From: Auanema rhodensis
Taxonomy: Eukaryota > Animalia > Nematoda
Assembly: GCA_964057225.1 (NCBI GenBank)
Contig: OZ059899.1
Location: 20,646,001-20,710,000, forward strand
Reading direction: 5' to 3'
DNA length: 64,000 nucleotides
The notes under the pieces are model-generated. The model saw only the letters and a list, made by a program, of their open reading frames with translations, was not told the DNA's origin and did no database searches. This document shows, piece by piece, positions 41,201-54,044 of this stretch. Position numbers and translations under genes: made by a program. Every line of letters begins with the position of its first letter. The stretch's first letter is position 1.

Positions 41201-44200
41201 CTCAACATTGCTTCCAAAAACATTTTTACAAAAATTTTTCCGAAAAATTTCGAAATAATTTCGCAAAAAGTAGATGTTTTTAGATTCCTTTTTTCAAGGC
41301 AAAGACGATGGACATTGTTATTCAACGAAAAAATTGATTCTGCAGGGTGAAAATCGAGGATATAAGTGTGAACTTATATCAGTTGATATCTCGGTGCATT
41401 TTTAAGCTAGCGCAAATCTGATAACACAGATCGACGCAGCTTAAAAATCCGCATCGAATGCACTATACTACATTGAGAAACGCTTGATACAAAAATTAGG
41501 TATGATCGTTTGAAAAATGATGCATTAGTGTATGTTGAGTTTCCATGTACACTCAACATTGCTTCCAAAAACATTTTGACAAAAATTTTTCCAAAAAATT
41601 TCGAAAAAATTTCGCGAAAAGTAGATGTTTTTAGATTCCGTTTTTCCAGGCAAAGACGATGGACAATGTTATTCAACGAAAAAATTATTTCTGCAGGGTG
41701 AAAATCGAGGATATAAGTGTGAACTTATATCAGTTGATATCTCGGTGCATTTTTAAGCTAGCGCAAATCTGATAACACAGATCGACGCAGCTTAAAAATC
41801 CGCATCGAATGCACTATACTACATTGAGTAACGCTTAATACAAAACTTAGTTATGATCGTTTGAAAAAAGATGCATTAGTGTATGTTGAGTTTCCATGTA
41901 CACTCAACATTGCTTCCAAAAACATTTTTACAAAAATTTTTCCGAAAAATTTCGAAATAATTTCGCAAAAAGTAGATGTTTTTAGATTCCTTTTTTCAAG
42001 GCAAAGACGATGGACATTGTTATAAAACGAAAAAATTGATTCTGCAGGGTGAAAATCGAGGATATAAGTGTGAACTTATATCAGTTGATATCTCGGTGCA
42101 TTTTTAAGCTAGCGCAAATCTGATAACACAGATCGACGCAGCTTAAAAATCCGCATCAAATGCACTATACAACATTGAGAAACGCTTAATACAAAAATTA
42201 GTTATGATCGTTTGAAAAATGATGCATTAGTGTATGTTGAGTTTCCATGTACACTCAACATTGCTTCCAAAAACATTTTTACAAAAATTTTTCCGAAAAA
42301 TTTCGAAATAATTTCGCAAAAAGTAGATGTTTTTAGATTCCTTTTTTCAAGGCAAAGACGATGGACATTGTTATTCAACGAAAAAATTGATTCTGCAGGG
42401 TGAAAATCGAGGATATAAGTGTGAACTTATATCAGTTGATATCTCGGTGCATTTTTAAGCTAGCGCAAATCTGATAACACAGATCGACGCAGCTTAAAAA
42501 TCCGCATCGAATGCACTATACTACATTGAGAAACGCTTAATACAAAACTTAGTTATGATCGTTTGAAAAAAGATGCATTAGTGTATGTTGAGTTTCCATG
42601 TACACTCAACATTGCTTCCAAAAACATTTTTACAAAAATTTTTCCGAAAAATTTCGAAATAATTTCGCAAAAAGTAGATGTTTTTAGATTCCTTTTTTCA
42701 AGGCAAAGACGATGGACATTGTTATTCAACGAAAAAATTGATTCTGCAGGGTGAAAATCGAGGATATAAGTGTGAACTTATATCAGTTGATATCTCGGTG
42801 CATTTTTAAGCTAGCGCAAATCTGATAACACAGATCGACGCAGCTTAAAAATTCGCATCGAATGCACTATACAACATTGAGAAACGCTTAGTACAAAAAT
42901 TAGTTATGATCGTTTGAAAAATGATGCATTAGTGTATGTTGAGTTTCCATGTACACTCAACATTGCTTCCAAAAACATTTTTACAAAAATTTTTCCGAAA
43001 AATTTCGAAATAATTTCGCAAAAAGTAGATGTTTTTAGATTCCTTTTTTCAAGGCAAAGACGATGGACATTGTTATTCAACGAAAAAATTGATTCTGCAG
43101 GGTGAAAATCGATGATATAAGTGTGAACTTATATCAGTTGATATCTCGGTGCATTTTTAAGCTAGCGCAAATCTGATAACACAGATCGACGCAGCTTAAA
43201 AATCCGCATCGAATGCACTATACTACATTGAGAAACGCTTAATACAAAACTTAGTTATGATCGTTTGAAAAAAGATGCATTAGTGTATGTTGAGTTTCCA
43301 TGTACACTCAACATTGCTTCCAAAAACATTTTTACAAAAATTTTTCCGAAAAATTTCGAAATAATTTCGCAAAAAGTTGATGTTTTTAGATTCCTTTTTT
43401 CAAGGCAAAGACGATGGACATTGTTATTCAACGAAAAAATTAATTCTGCAGGGTGAAAATCGAGGATATAAGTGTGAACTTATATCAGTTGATATCTCGG
43501 TGCATTTTTAAGCTAGCGCAAATCTGATAACACAGATCGACGCAGCTTAAAAATCCGCATCGAATGCACTATACTACATTGAGAAACGCTTGATACAAAA
43601 ATTAGGTATGATCGTTTGAAAAATGATGCATTAGTGTATGTTGAGTTTCCATGTACACTCAACATTGCTTCCAAAAACATTTTGACAAAAATTTTTCCAA
43701 AAAATTTCGAAAAAATTTCGCGAAAAGTAGATGTTTTTAGATTCCGTTTTTCCAGGCAAAGACGATGGACAATGTTATTCAACGAAAAAATTATTTCTGC
43801 AGGGTGAAAATCGAGGATATAAGTGTGAACTTATATCAGTTGATATCTCGGTGCATTTTTAAGCTAGCGCAAATCTGATAACACAGATCGACGCAGCTTA
43901 AAAATCCGCATCGAATGCACTATACTACATTGAGTAACGCTTAATACAAAACTTAGTTATGATCGTTTGAAAAAAGATGCATTAGTGTATGTTGAGTTTC
44001 CATGTACACTCAACATTGCTTCCAAAAACATTTTTACAAAAATTTTTCCGAAAAATTTCGAAATAATTTCGCAAAAAGTAGATGTTTTTAGATTCCTTTT
44101 TTCAAGGCAAAGACGATGGACATTGTTATAAAACGAAAAAATTGATTCTGCAGGGTGAAAATCGAGGATATAAGTGTGAACTTATATCAGTTGATATCTC

Positions 44201-45620
44201 GGTGCATTTTTAAGCTAGCGCAAATCTGATAACACAGATCGACGCAGCTTAAAAATCCGCATCAAATGCACTATACAACATTGAGAAACGCTTAATACAA
44301 AAATTAGTTATGATCGTTTGAAAAATGATGCATTAGTGTATGTTGAGTTTCCATGTACACTCAACATTGCTTCCAAAAACATTTTTACAAAAATTTTTCC
44401 GAAAAATTTCGAAATAATTTCGCAAAAAGTAGATGTTTTTAGATTCCTTTTTTCAAGGCAAAGACGATGGACATTGTTATTCAACGAAAAAATTGATTCT
44501 GCAGGGTGAAAATCGAGGATATAAGTGTGAACTTATATCAGTTGATATCTCGGTGCATTTTTAAGCTAGCGCAAATCTGATAACACAGATCGACGCAGCT
44601 TAAAAATCCGCATCGAATGCACTATACTACATTGAGAAACGCTTAATACAAAACTTAGTTATGATCGTTTGAAAAAAGATGCATTAGTGTATGTTGAGTT
44701 TCCATGTACACTCAACATTGCTTCCAAAAACATTTTTACAAAAATTTTTCCGAAAAATTTCGAAATAATTTCGCAAAAAGTAGATGTTTTTAGATTCCTT
44801 TTTTCAAGGCAAAGACGATGGACATTGTTATTCAACGAAAAAATTGATTCTGCAGGGTGAAAATCGAGGATATAAGTGTGAACTTATATCAGTTGATATC
44901 TCGGTGCATTTTTAAGCTAGCGCAAATCTGATAACACAGATCGACGCAGCTTAAAAATTCGCATCGAATGCACTATACAACATTGAGAAACGCTTAGTAC
45001 AAAAATTAGTTATGATCGTTTGAAAAATGATGCATTAGTGTATGTTGAGTTTCCATGTACACTCAACATTGCTTCCAAAAACATTTTTACAAAAATTTTT
45101 CCGAAAAATTTCGAAATAATTTCGCAAAAAGTAGATGTTTTTAGATTCCTTTTTTCAAGGCAAAGACGATGGACATTGTTATTCAACGAAAAAATTGATT
45201 CTGCAGGGTGAAAATCGAGGATATAAGTGTGAACTTATATCAGTTGATATCTCGGTGCATTTTTAAGCTAGCGCAAATCTGATAACACAGATCGACGCAG
45301 CTTAAAAATCCGCATCGAATGCACTATACTACATTGAGAAACGCTTAATACAAAACTTAGTTATGATCGTTTGAAAAAAGATGCATTAGTGTATGTTGAG
45401 TTTCCATGTACACTCAACATTGCTTCCAAAAACATTTTTACAAAAATTTTTCCGAAAAATTTCGAAATAATTTCGCAAAAAGTAGATGTTTTTAGATTCC
45501 TTTTTTCAAGGCAAAGACGATGGACATTGTTATTCAACGAAAAAATTGATTCTGCAGGGTGAAAATCGAGGATATAAGTGTGAACTTATATCAGTTGATA
45601 TCTCGGTGCATTTTTAAGCT
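32283..45620. repeat. Higher-order repeat domain: a 6-mer (2106 bp) with 3-, 4- and 5-mer structural variants
   Basis: A marker monomer (AGGTA, CCAAAAAATTTCGAAAAAA, TTCCGTTTTTCCAGG) starts at 32283, 34389, 35442, 36495, 38250, 40005, 41409 and 43515, giving spacings of 6,3,3,5,5,4,6 monomers. It is always followed by the GAGTAAC/TTATAAAACG monomer. Confidence 0.92.
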
Positions 45621-45971
45621 AGCGCAAATCTGATAACACAGATCGACGCAGCTTAAAAATCCGCATCGAATGCACTATACAACATTGAGAAACGCTTAAT
45701 ACAAAAATTAGTTATGATCGTTTGAAAAATGATGCATTAGTGTATGTTGAGTTTCCATGTACACTCAACATTGCTTCCAAAAACATTTTTACAAAAATTT
45801 TTCCGAAAATTTTCGAAATAATTTCGCAAAAAGTAGATGTTTTTAGATTCCTTTTTTCAAGGCAAAGACGATGGACATTGTTATTCAACGAAAAAATTGA
45901 TTCTGCAGGGTGAAAATCGAGGATATAAGTGTGAACTTATATCAGTTGATATCTCGGTGCATTTTTAAGCT

Positions 45972-48900
45972 AGCGCAAATCTGATAACACAGATCGACGC
46001 CGCTTAAAAATCCGCATCGAATGCACTATACTACATTGAGAAACGCTTAATACAAAAGTTAGTTATGATCGTTTGAAAAAAGATGCATTAGTGTATGTTG
46101 AGTTTCCATGTACACTCAACATTGCTTCCAAAAACATTTTTACAAAAATTTTTCCGAAAAATTTCGAAATAATTTCGCAAAAAGTAGATGTTTTTAGATT
46201 CCTTTTTTCAAGGCAAAGACGATGGACATTGTTATTCAACGAAAAAATTGATTCTGCAGGGTGAAAATCGAGGATATAAGTGTGAACTTATATCAGTTGA
46301 TATCTCGGTGCATTTTTAAGCTAGCGCAAATCTGATAACACAGATCGACGTAGCTTAAAAATCCGCATCGAATGCACTATACAACATTGAGAAACGCTTA
46401 ATACAAAAATTAGTTATGATCGTTTGAAAAATGATGCATTAGTGTATGTTGAGTTTCCATGTACACTCAACATTGCTTCCAAAAACATTTTGACAAAAAT
46501 TTTTCCGAAAAATTTCGAAATAATTTCGCAAAAAGTAGATGTTTTTAGATTCCTTTTTTCAAGGCAAAGACGATGGACATTGTTATTCAACGAAAAAATT
46601 GATTCTGCAGGGTGAAAATCGAGGATATAAGTGTGAACTTATATCAGTTGATATCTCGGTGCATTTTTAAGCTAGCGCAAATCTGATAACACAGATCGAC
46701 GCAGCTTAAAAATCCGCATCGAATGCACTTTACTACATTGGAAAACGCTTAATACAAAAATTAGTTATGATCGTTTGAAAAAAGATGCATTAGTGTATGT
46801 TGAGTTTCCATGTACACTCAACATTGCTTCCAAAAACATTTTGACAAAAATTTTTCCGAAAAATTTCGAAATAATTTCGCAAAAAGTAGATGTTTTTAGA
46901 TTCCTTTTTTCAAGGCAAAGACGATGGACATTGTTATTCAACGAAAAAATTGATTCTGCAGGGTGAAAATCGAGGATATAAGTGTGAACTTATATCAGTT
47001 GATATCTCGGTGCATTTTTAAGCTAGCGCAAATCTGATAACACAGATCGACGCAGCTTAAAAATCCGCATCGAATGCACTTTACTACATTGGAAAACGCT
47101 TAATACAAAAATTAGTTATGATCGTTTGAAAAAAGATGCATTAGTGTATGTTGAGTTTCCATGTACACTCAACATTGCTTCCAAAAACATTTTGACAAAA
47201 ATTTTTCCGAAAAATTTCGAAATAATTTCGCAAAAAGTAGATGTTTTTAGATTCCTTTTTTCAAGGCAAAGACGATGGACATTGTTATTCAACGAAAAAA
47301 TTGATTCTGCAGGGTGAAAATCGAGGATATAAGTGTGAACTTATATCAGTTGATATCTCGGTGCATTTTTAAGCTAGCGCAAATCTGATAACACAGATCG
47401 ACGCCGCTTAAAAATCCGCATCGAATGCACTATACTACATTGAGAAACGCTTAATACAAAAATTAGTTATGATCGTTTGAAAAAAGATGCATTAGTGTAT
47501 GTTGAGTTTCCATGTACACTCAACATTGCTTCCAAAAACATTTTTACAAAAATTTTTCCGAAAAATTTCGAAATAATTTCGCAAAAAGTAGATGTTTTTA
47601 GATTCCTTTTTTCAAGGCAAAGACGATGGACATTGTTATTCAACGAAAAAATTGATTCTGCAGGGTGAAAATCGAGGATATAAGTGTGAACTTATATCAG
47701 TTGATATCTCGGTGCATTTTTAAGCTAGCGCAAATCTGATAACACAGATCGACGCCGCTTAAAAATCCGCATCGAATGCACTATACTACATTGAGAAACG
47801 CTTAATACAAAAGTTAGTTATGATCGTTTGAAAAAAGATGCATTAGTGTATGTTGAGTTTCCATGTACACTCAACATTGCTTCCAAAAACATTTTTACAA
47901 AAATTTTTCCGAAAAATTTCGAAATAATTTCGCAAAAAGTAGATGTTTTTAGATTCCTTTTTTCAAGGCAAAGACGATGGACATTGTTATTCAACGAAAA
48001 AATTGATTCTGCAGGGTGAAAATCGAGGATATAAGTGTGAACTTATATCAGTTGATATCTCGGTGCATTTTTAAGCTAGCGCAAATCTGATAACACAGAT
48101 CGACGTAGCTTAAAAATCCGCATCGAATGCACTATACAACATTGAGAAACGCTTAATACAAAAATTAGTTATGATCGTTTGAAAAATGATGCATTAGTGT
48201 ATGTTGAGTTTCCATGTACACTCAACATTGCTTCCAAAAACATTTTGACAAAAATTTTTCCGAAAAATTTCGAAATAATTTCGCAAAAAGTAGATGTTTT
48301 TAGATTCCTTTTTTCAAGGCAAAGACGATGGACATTGTTATTCAACGAAAAAATTGATTCTGCAGGGTGAAAATCGAGGATATAAGTGTGAACTTATATC
48401 AGTTGATATCTCGGTGCATTTTTAAGCTAGCGCAAATCTGATAACACAGATCGACGCAGCTTAAAAATCCGCATCGAATGCACTTTACTACATTGGAAAA
48501 CGCTTAATACAAAAATTAGTTATGATCGTTTGAAAAAAGATGCATTAGTGTATGTTGAGTTTCCATGTACACTCAACATTGCTTCCAAAAACATTTTGAC
48601 AAAAATTTTTCCGAAAAATTTCGAAATAATTTCGCAAAAAGTAGATGTTTTTAGATTCCTTTTTTCAAGGCAAAGACGATGGACATTGTTATTCAACGAA
48701 AAAATTGATTCTGCAGGGTGAAAATCGAGGATATAAGTGTGAACTTATATCAGTTGATATCTCGGTGCATTTTTAAGCTAGCGCAAATCTGATAACACAG
48801 ATCGACGCAGCTTAAAAATCCGCATCGAATGCACTTTACTACATTGGAAAACGCTTAATACAAAAATTAGTTATGATCGTTTGAAAAAAGATGCATTAGT

Positions 48901-49481
48901 GTATGTTGAGTTTCCATGTACACTCAACATTGCTTCCAAAAACATTTTGACAAAAATTTTTCCGAAAAATTTCGAAATAATTTCGCAAAAAGTAGATGTT
49001 TTTAGATTCCTTTTTTCAAGGCAAAGACGATGGACATTGTTATTCAACGAAAAAATTGATTCTGCAGGGTGAAAATCGAGGATATAAGTGTGAACTTATA
49101 TCAGTTGATATCTCGGTGCATTTTTAAGCTAGCGCAAATCTGATAACACAGATCGACGCCGCTTAAAAATCCGCATCGAATGCACTATACTACATTGAGA
49201 AACGCTTAATACAAAAATTAGTTATGATCGTTTGAAAAAAGATGCATTAGTGTATGTTGAGTTTCCATGTACACTCAACATTGCTTCCAAAAACATTTTT
49301 ACAAAAATTTTTCCGAAAAATTTCGAAATAATTTCGCAAAAAGTAGATGTTTTTAGATTCCTTTTTTCAAGGCAAAGACGATGGACATTGTTATTCAACG
49401 AAAAAATTGATTCTGCAGGGTGAAAATCGAGGATATAAGTGTGAACTTATATCAGTTGATATCTCGGTGCATTTTTAAGCT
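45972..49481. repeat. Tandem duplication of a 5-monomer (1755-bp) unit
   Basis: The order CGCCGC+AAAGTT / GACGTAG / CACTTT+TTGGAAAA / CACTTT+TTGGAAAA / CGCCGC occurs at 45972-47726 and again at 47727-49481. Confidence 0.92.
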
Positions 49482-52400
49482 AGCGCAAATCTGATAACAC
49501 AGATCGACGCAGCTTAAAAATCCGCATCGAATGCACTATACTACATTGAGAAACGCTTAATACAAAAATTAGTTATGATCGTTTGAAAAAAGATGCATTA
49601 GTGTATGTTGAGTTTCCATGTACACTCAACATTGCTTCCAAAAACATTTTTACAAAAATTTTTCCGAAAAATTTCGAAATAATTTCGCAAAAAGTAGATG
49701 TTTTTAGATTCCTTTTTTCAAGGCAAAGACGATGGACATTGTTATTCAACGAAAAAATTGATTCTGCAGGGTGAAAATCGAGGATATAAGTGTGAACTTA
49801 TATCAGTTGATATCTCGGTGCATTTTTAAGCTAGCGCAAATCTGATAACACAGATCGACGCAGCTTAAAAATCCGCATCGAATGCACTATACAACCTTGA
49901 GAAACGCTTAATACAAAAATTAGTTATGATCGTTTGAAAAATGATGCATTAGTGTATGTTGAGTTTCCATGTACACTCAACATTGCTTCCAAAAACATTT
50001 TTACAAAAATTTTTCCGAAAAATTTCGAAATAATTTCGCAAAAAGTAGATGTTTTTAGATTCCTTTTTTCAAGGCAAAGACGATGGACATTGTTATTCAA
50101 CGAAAAAATTGATTCTGCAGGGTGAAAATCGAGGATATAGGTGTGAACTTATATCAGTTGATATCTCGGTGCATTTTTAAGCTAGCGCAAATCTGATAAC
50201 ACAGATCGACGCAGCTTAAAAATTCGCATCGAATGCACTATACAACATTGAGAAACGCTTAGTACAAAAATTAGTTATGATCGTTTGAAAAATGATGCAT
50301 TAGTGTATGTTGAGTTTCCATGTACACTCAACATTGCTTCCAAAAACATTTTTACAAAAATTTTTCCGAAAAATTTCGAAATAATTTCGCAAAAAGTAGA
50401 TGTTTTTAGATTCCTTTTTTCAAGGCAAAGACGATGGACATTGTTATTCAACGAAAAAATTGATTCTGCAGGGTGAAAATCGAGGATATAAGTGTGAACT
50501 TATATCAGTTGATATCTCGGTGCATTTTTAAGCTAGCGCAAATCTGATAACACAGATCGACGCAGCTTAAAAATCCGCATCGAATGCACTATACAACATT
50601 GAGAAACGCTTAATACAAAAATTAGTTATGATCGTTTGAAAAATGATGCATTAGTGTATGTTGAGTTTCCATGTACACTCAACATTGCTTCCAAAAACAT
50701 TTTTACAAAAATTTTTCCGAAAAATTTCGAAATAATTTCGCAAAAAGTAGATGTTTTTAGATTCCTTTTTTCAAGGCAAAGACGATGGACATTGTTATTC
50801 AACGAAAAAATTGATTCTGCAGGGTGAAAATCGAGGATATAAGTGTGAACTTATATCAGTTGATATCTCGGTGCATTTTTAAGCTAGCGCAAATCTGATA
50901 ACACAGATCGACGCAGCTTAAAAATCCGCATCGAATGCACTATACTACATTGAGAAACGCTTAATACAAAACTTAGTTATGATCGTTTGAAAAAAGATGC
51001 ATTAGTGTATGTTGAGTTTCCATGTACACTCAACATTGCTTCCAAAAACATTTTTACAAAAATTTTTCCGAAAAATTTCGAAATAATTTCGCAAAAAGTA
51101 GATGTTTTTAGATTCCTTTTTTCAAGGCAAAGACGATGGACATTGTTATTCAACGAAAAAATTGATTCTGCAGGGTGAAAATCGAGGATATAAGTGTGAA
51201 CTTATATCAGTTGATATCTCGGTGCATTTTTAAGCTAGCGCAAATCTGATAACACAGATCGACGCAGCTTAAAAATCCGCATCGAATGCACTATACTACA
51301 TTGAGAAACGCTTAATACAAAACTTAGTTATGATCGTTTGAAAAATGATGCATTAGTGTATGTTGAGTTTCCATGTACACTCAACATTGCTTCCAAAAAC
51401 ATTTTTACAAAAATTTTTCCGAAAAATTTCGAAATAATTTCGCAAAAAGTAGATGTTTTTAGATTCCTTTTTTCAAGGCAAAGACGATGGACATTGTTAT
51501 TCAACGAAAAAATTGATTCTGCAGGGTAAAAATCGAGGATATAAGTGTGAACTTATATCAGTTGATATCTCGGTGCATTTTTAAGCTAGCGCAAATCTGA
51601 TAACACAGATCGACGCAGCTTAAAAATCCGCATCGAATGCACTATACAACCTTGAGAAACGCTTAATACAAAAATTAGTTATGATCGTTTGAAAAATGAT
51701 GCATTAGTGTATGTTGAGTTTCCATGTACACTCAACATTGCTTCCAAAAACATTTTTACAAAAATTTTTCCGAAAATTTTCGAAATAATTTCGCAAAAAG
51801 TAGATGTTTTTAGATTCCTTTTTTCAAGGCAAAGACGATGGACATTGTTATTCAACGAAAAAATTGATTCTGCAGGGTGAAAATCGAGGATATAAGTGTG
51901 AACTTATATCAGTTGATATCTCGGTGCATTTTTAAGCTAGCGCAAATCTGATAACACAGATCGACGCAGCTTAAAAATCCGCATCGAATGCACTATACAA
52001 CATTGAGAAACGCTTAATACAAAAATTAGTTATGATCGTTTGAAAAATGATGCATTAGTGTATGTTGAGTTTCCATGTACACTCAACATTGCTTCCAAAA
52101 ACATTTTGACAAAAATTTTTCCGAAAAATTTCGAAATAATTTCGCAAAAAGTAGATGTTTTTAGATTCCTTTTTTCAAGGCAAAGACGATGGACATTGTT
52201 ATTCAACGAAAAAATTGATTCTGCAGGGTGAAAATCGAGGATATAAGTGTGAACTTATATCAGTTGATATCTCGGTGCATTTTTAAGCTAGCGCAAATCT
52301 GATAACACAGATCGACGCAGCTTAAAAATCCGCATCGAATGCACTTTACTACATTGGAAAACGCTTAATACAAAAATTAGTTATGATCGTTTGAAAAAAG

Positions 52401-54044
52401 ATGCATTAGTGTATGTTGAGTTTCCATGTACACTCAACATTGCTTCCAAAAACATTTTGACAAAAATTTTTCCGAAAAATTTCGAAATAATTTCGCAAAA
52501 AGTAGATGTTTTTAGATTCCTTTTTTCAAGGCAAAGACGATGGACATTGTTATTCAACGAAAAAATTGATTCTGCAGGGTGAAAATCGAGGATATAAGTG
52601 TGAACTTATATCAGTTGATATCTCGGTGCATTTTTAAGCTAGCGCAAATCTGATAACACAGATCGACGCCGCTTAAAAATCCGCATCGAATGCACTATAC
52701 TACATTGAGAAACGCTTAATACAAAAATTAGTTATGATCGTTTGAAAAAAGATGCATTAGTGTATGTTGAGTTTCCATGTACACTCAACATTGCTTCCAA
52801 AAACATTTTTACAAAAATTTTTCCGAAAAATTTCGAAATAATTTCGCAAAAAGTAGATGTTTTTAGATTCCTTTTTTCAAGGCAAAGACGATGGACATTG
52901 TTATTCAACGAAAAAATTGATTCTGCAGGGTGAAAATCGAGGATATAAGTGTGAACTTATATCAGTTGATATCTCGGTGCATTTTTAAGCTAGCGCAAAT
53001 CTGATAACACAGATCGACGCAGCTTAAAAATCCGCATCGAATGCACTATACTACATTGAGAAACGCTTAATACAAAACTTAGTTATGATCGTTTGAAAAA
53101 AGATGCATTAGTGTATGTTGAGTTTCCATGTACACTCAACATTGCTTCCAAAAACATTTTTACAAAAATTTTTCCGAAAAATTTCGAAATAATTTCGCAA
53201 AAAGTAGATGTTTTTAGATTCCTTTTTTCAAGGCAAAGACGATGGACATTGTTATTCAACGAAAAAATTGATTCTGCAGGGTGAAAATCGAGGATATAAG
53301 TGTGAACTTATATCAGTTGATATCTCGGTGCATTTTTAAGCTAGCGCAAATCTGATAACACAGATCGACGCAGCTTAAAAATTCGCATCGAATGCACTAT
53401 ACAACATTGAGAAACGCTTAGTACAAAAATTAGTTATGATCGTTTGAAAAATGATGCATTAGTGTATGTTGAGTTTCCATGTACACTCAACATTGCTTCC
53501 AAAAACATTTTTACAAAAATTTTTCCGAAAAATTTCTAAATAATTTCGCAAAAAGTAGATGTTTTTAGATTCCTTTTTTCAAGGCAAAGACGATGGACAT
53601 TGTTATTCAACGAAAAAATTGATTCTGCAGGGTGAAAATCGAGGATATAAGTGTGAACTTATATCAGTTGATATCTCGGTGCATTTTTAAGCTAGCGCAA
53701 ATCTGATAACACAGATCGACGCAGCTTAAAAATCCGCATCGAATGCACTATACAACATTGAGAAACGCTTAATACAAAAATTAGTTATGATCGTTTGAAA
53801 AATGATGCATTAGTGTATGTTGAGTTTCCATGTACACTCAACATTGCTTCCAAAAACATTTTTACAAAAATTTTTCCGAAAAATTTCGAAATAATTTCGC
53901 AAAAAGTAGATGTTTTTAGATTCCTTTTTTCAAGGCAAAGACGATGGACATTGTTATTCAACGAAAAAATTGATTCTGCAGGGTGAAAATCGAGGATATA
54001 AGTGTGAACTTATATCAGTTGATATCTCGGTGCATTTTTAAGCT

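Noticed and set aside
701-43782. 89-aa (and 62/67-aa) minus-strand ORFs
   Set aside because: They appear only in monomers where a single variant (mostly AGGTA for AGTTA) removes a stop, and they start at TTG or another non-ATG codon. They are a by-product of satellite polymorphism.
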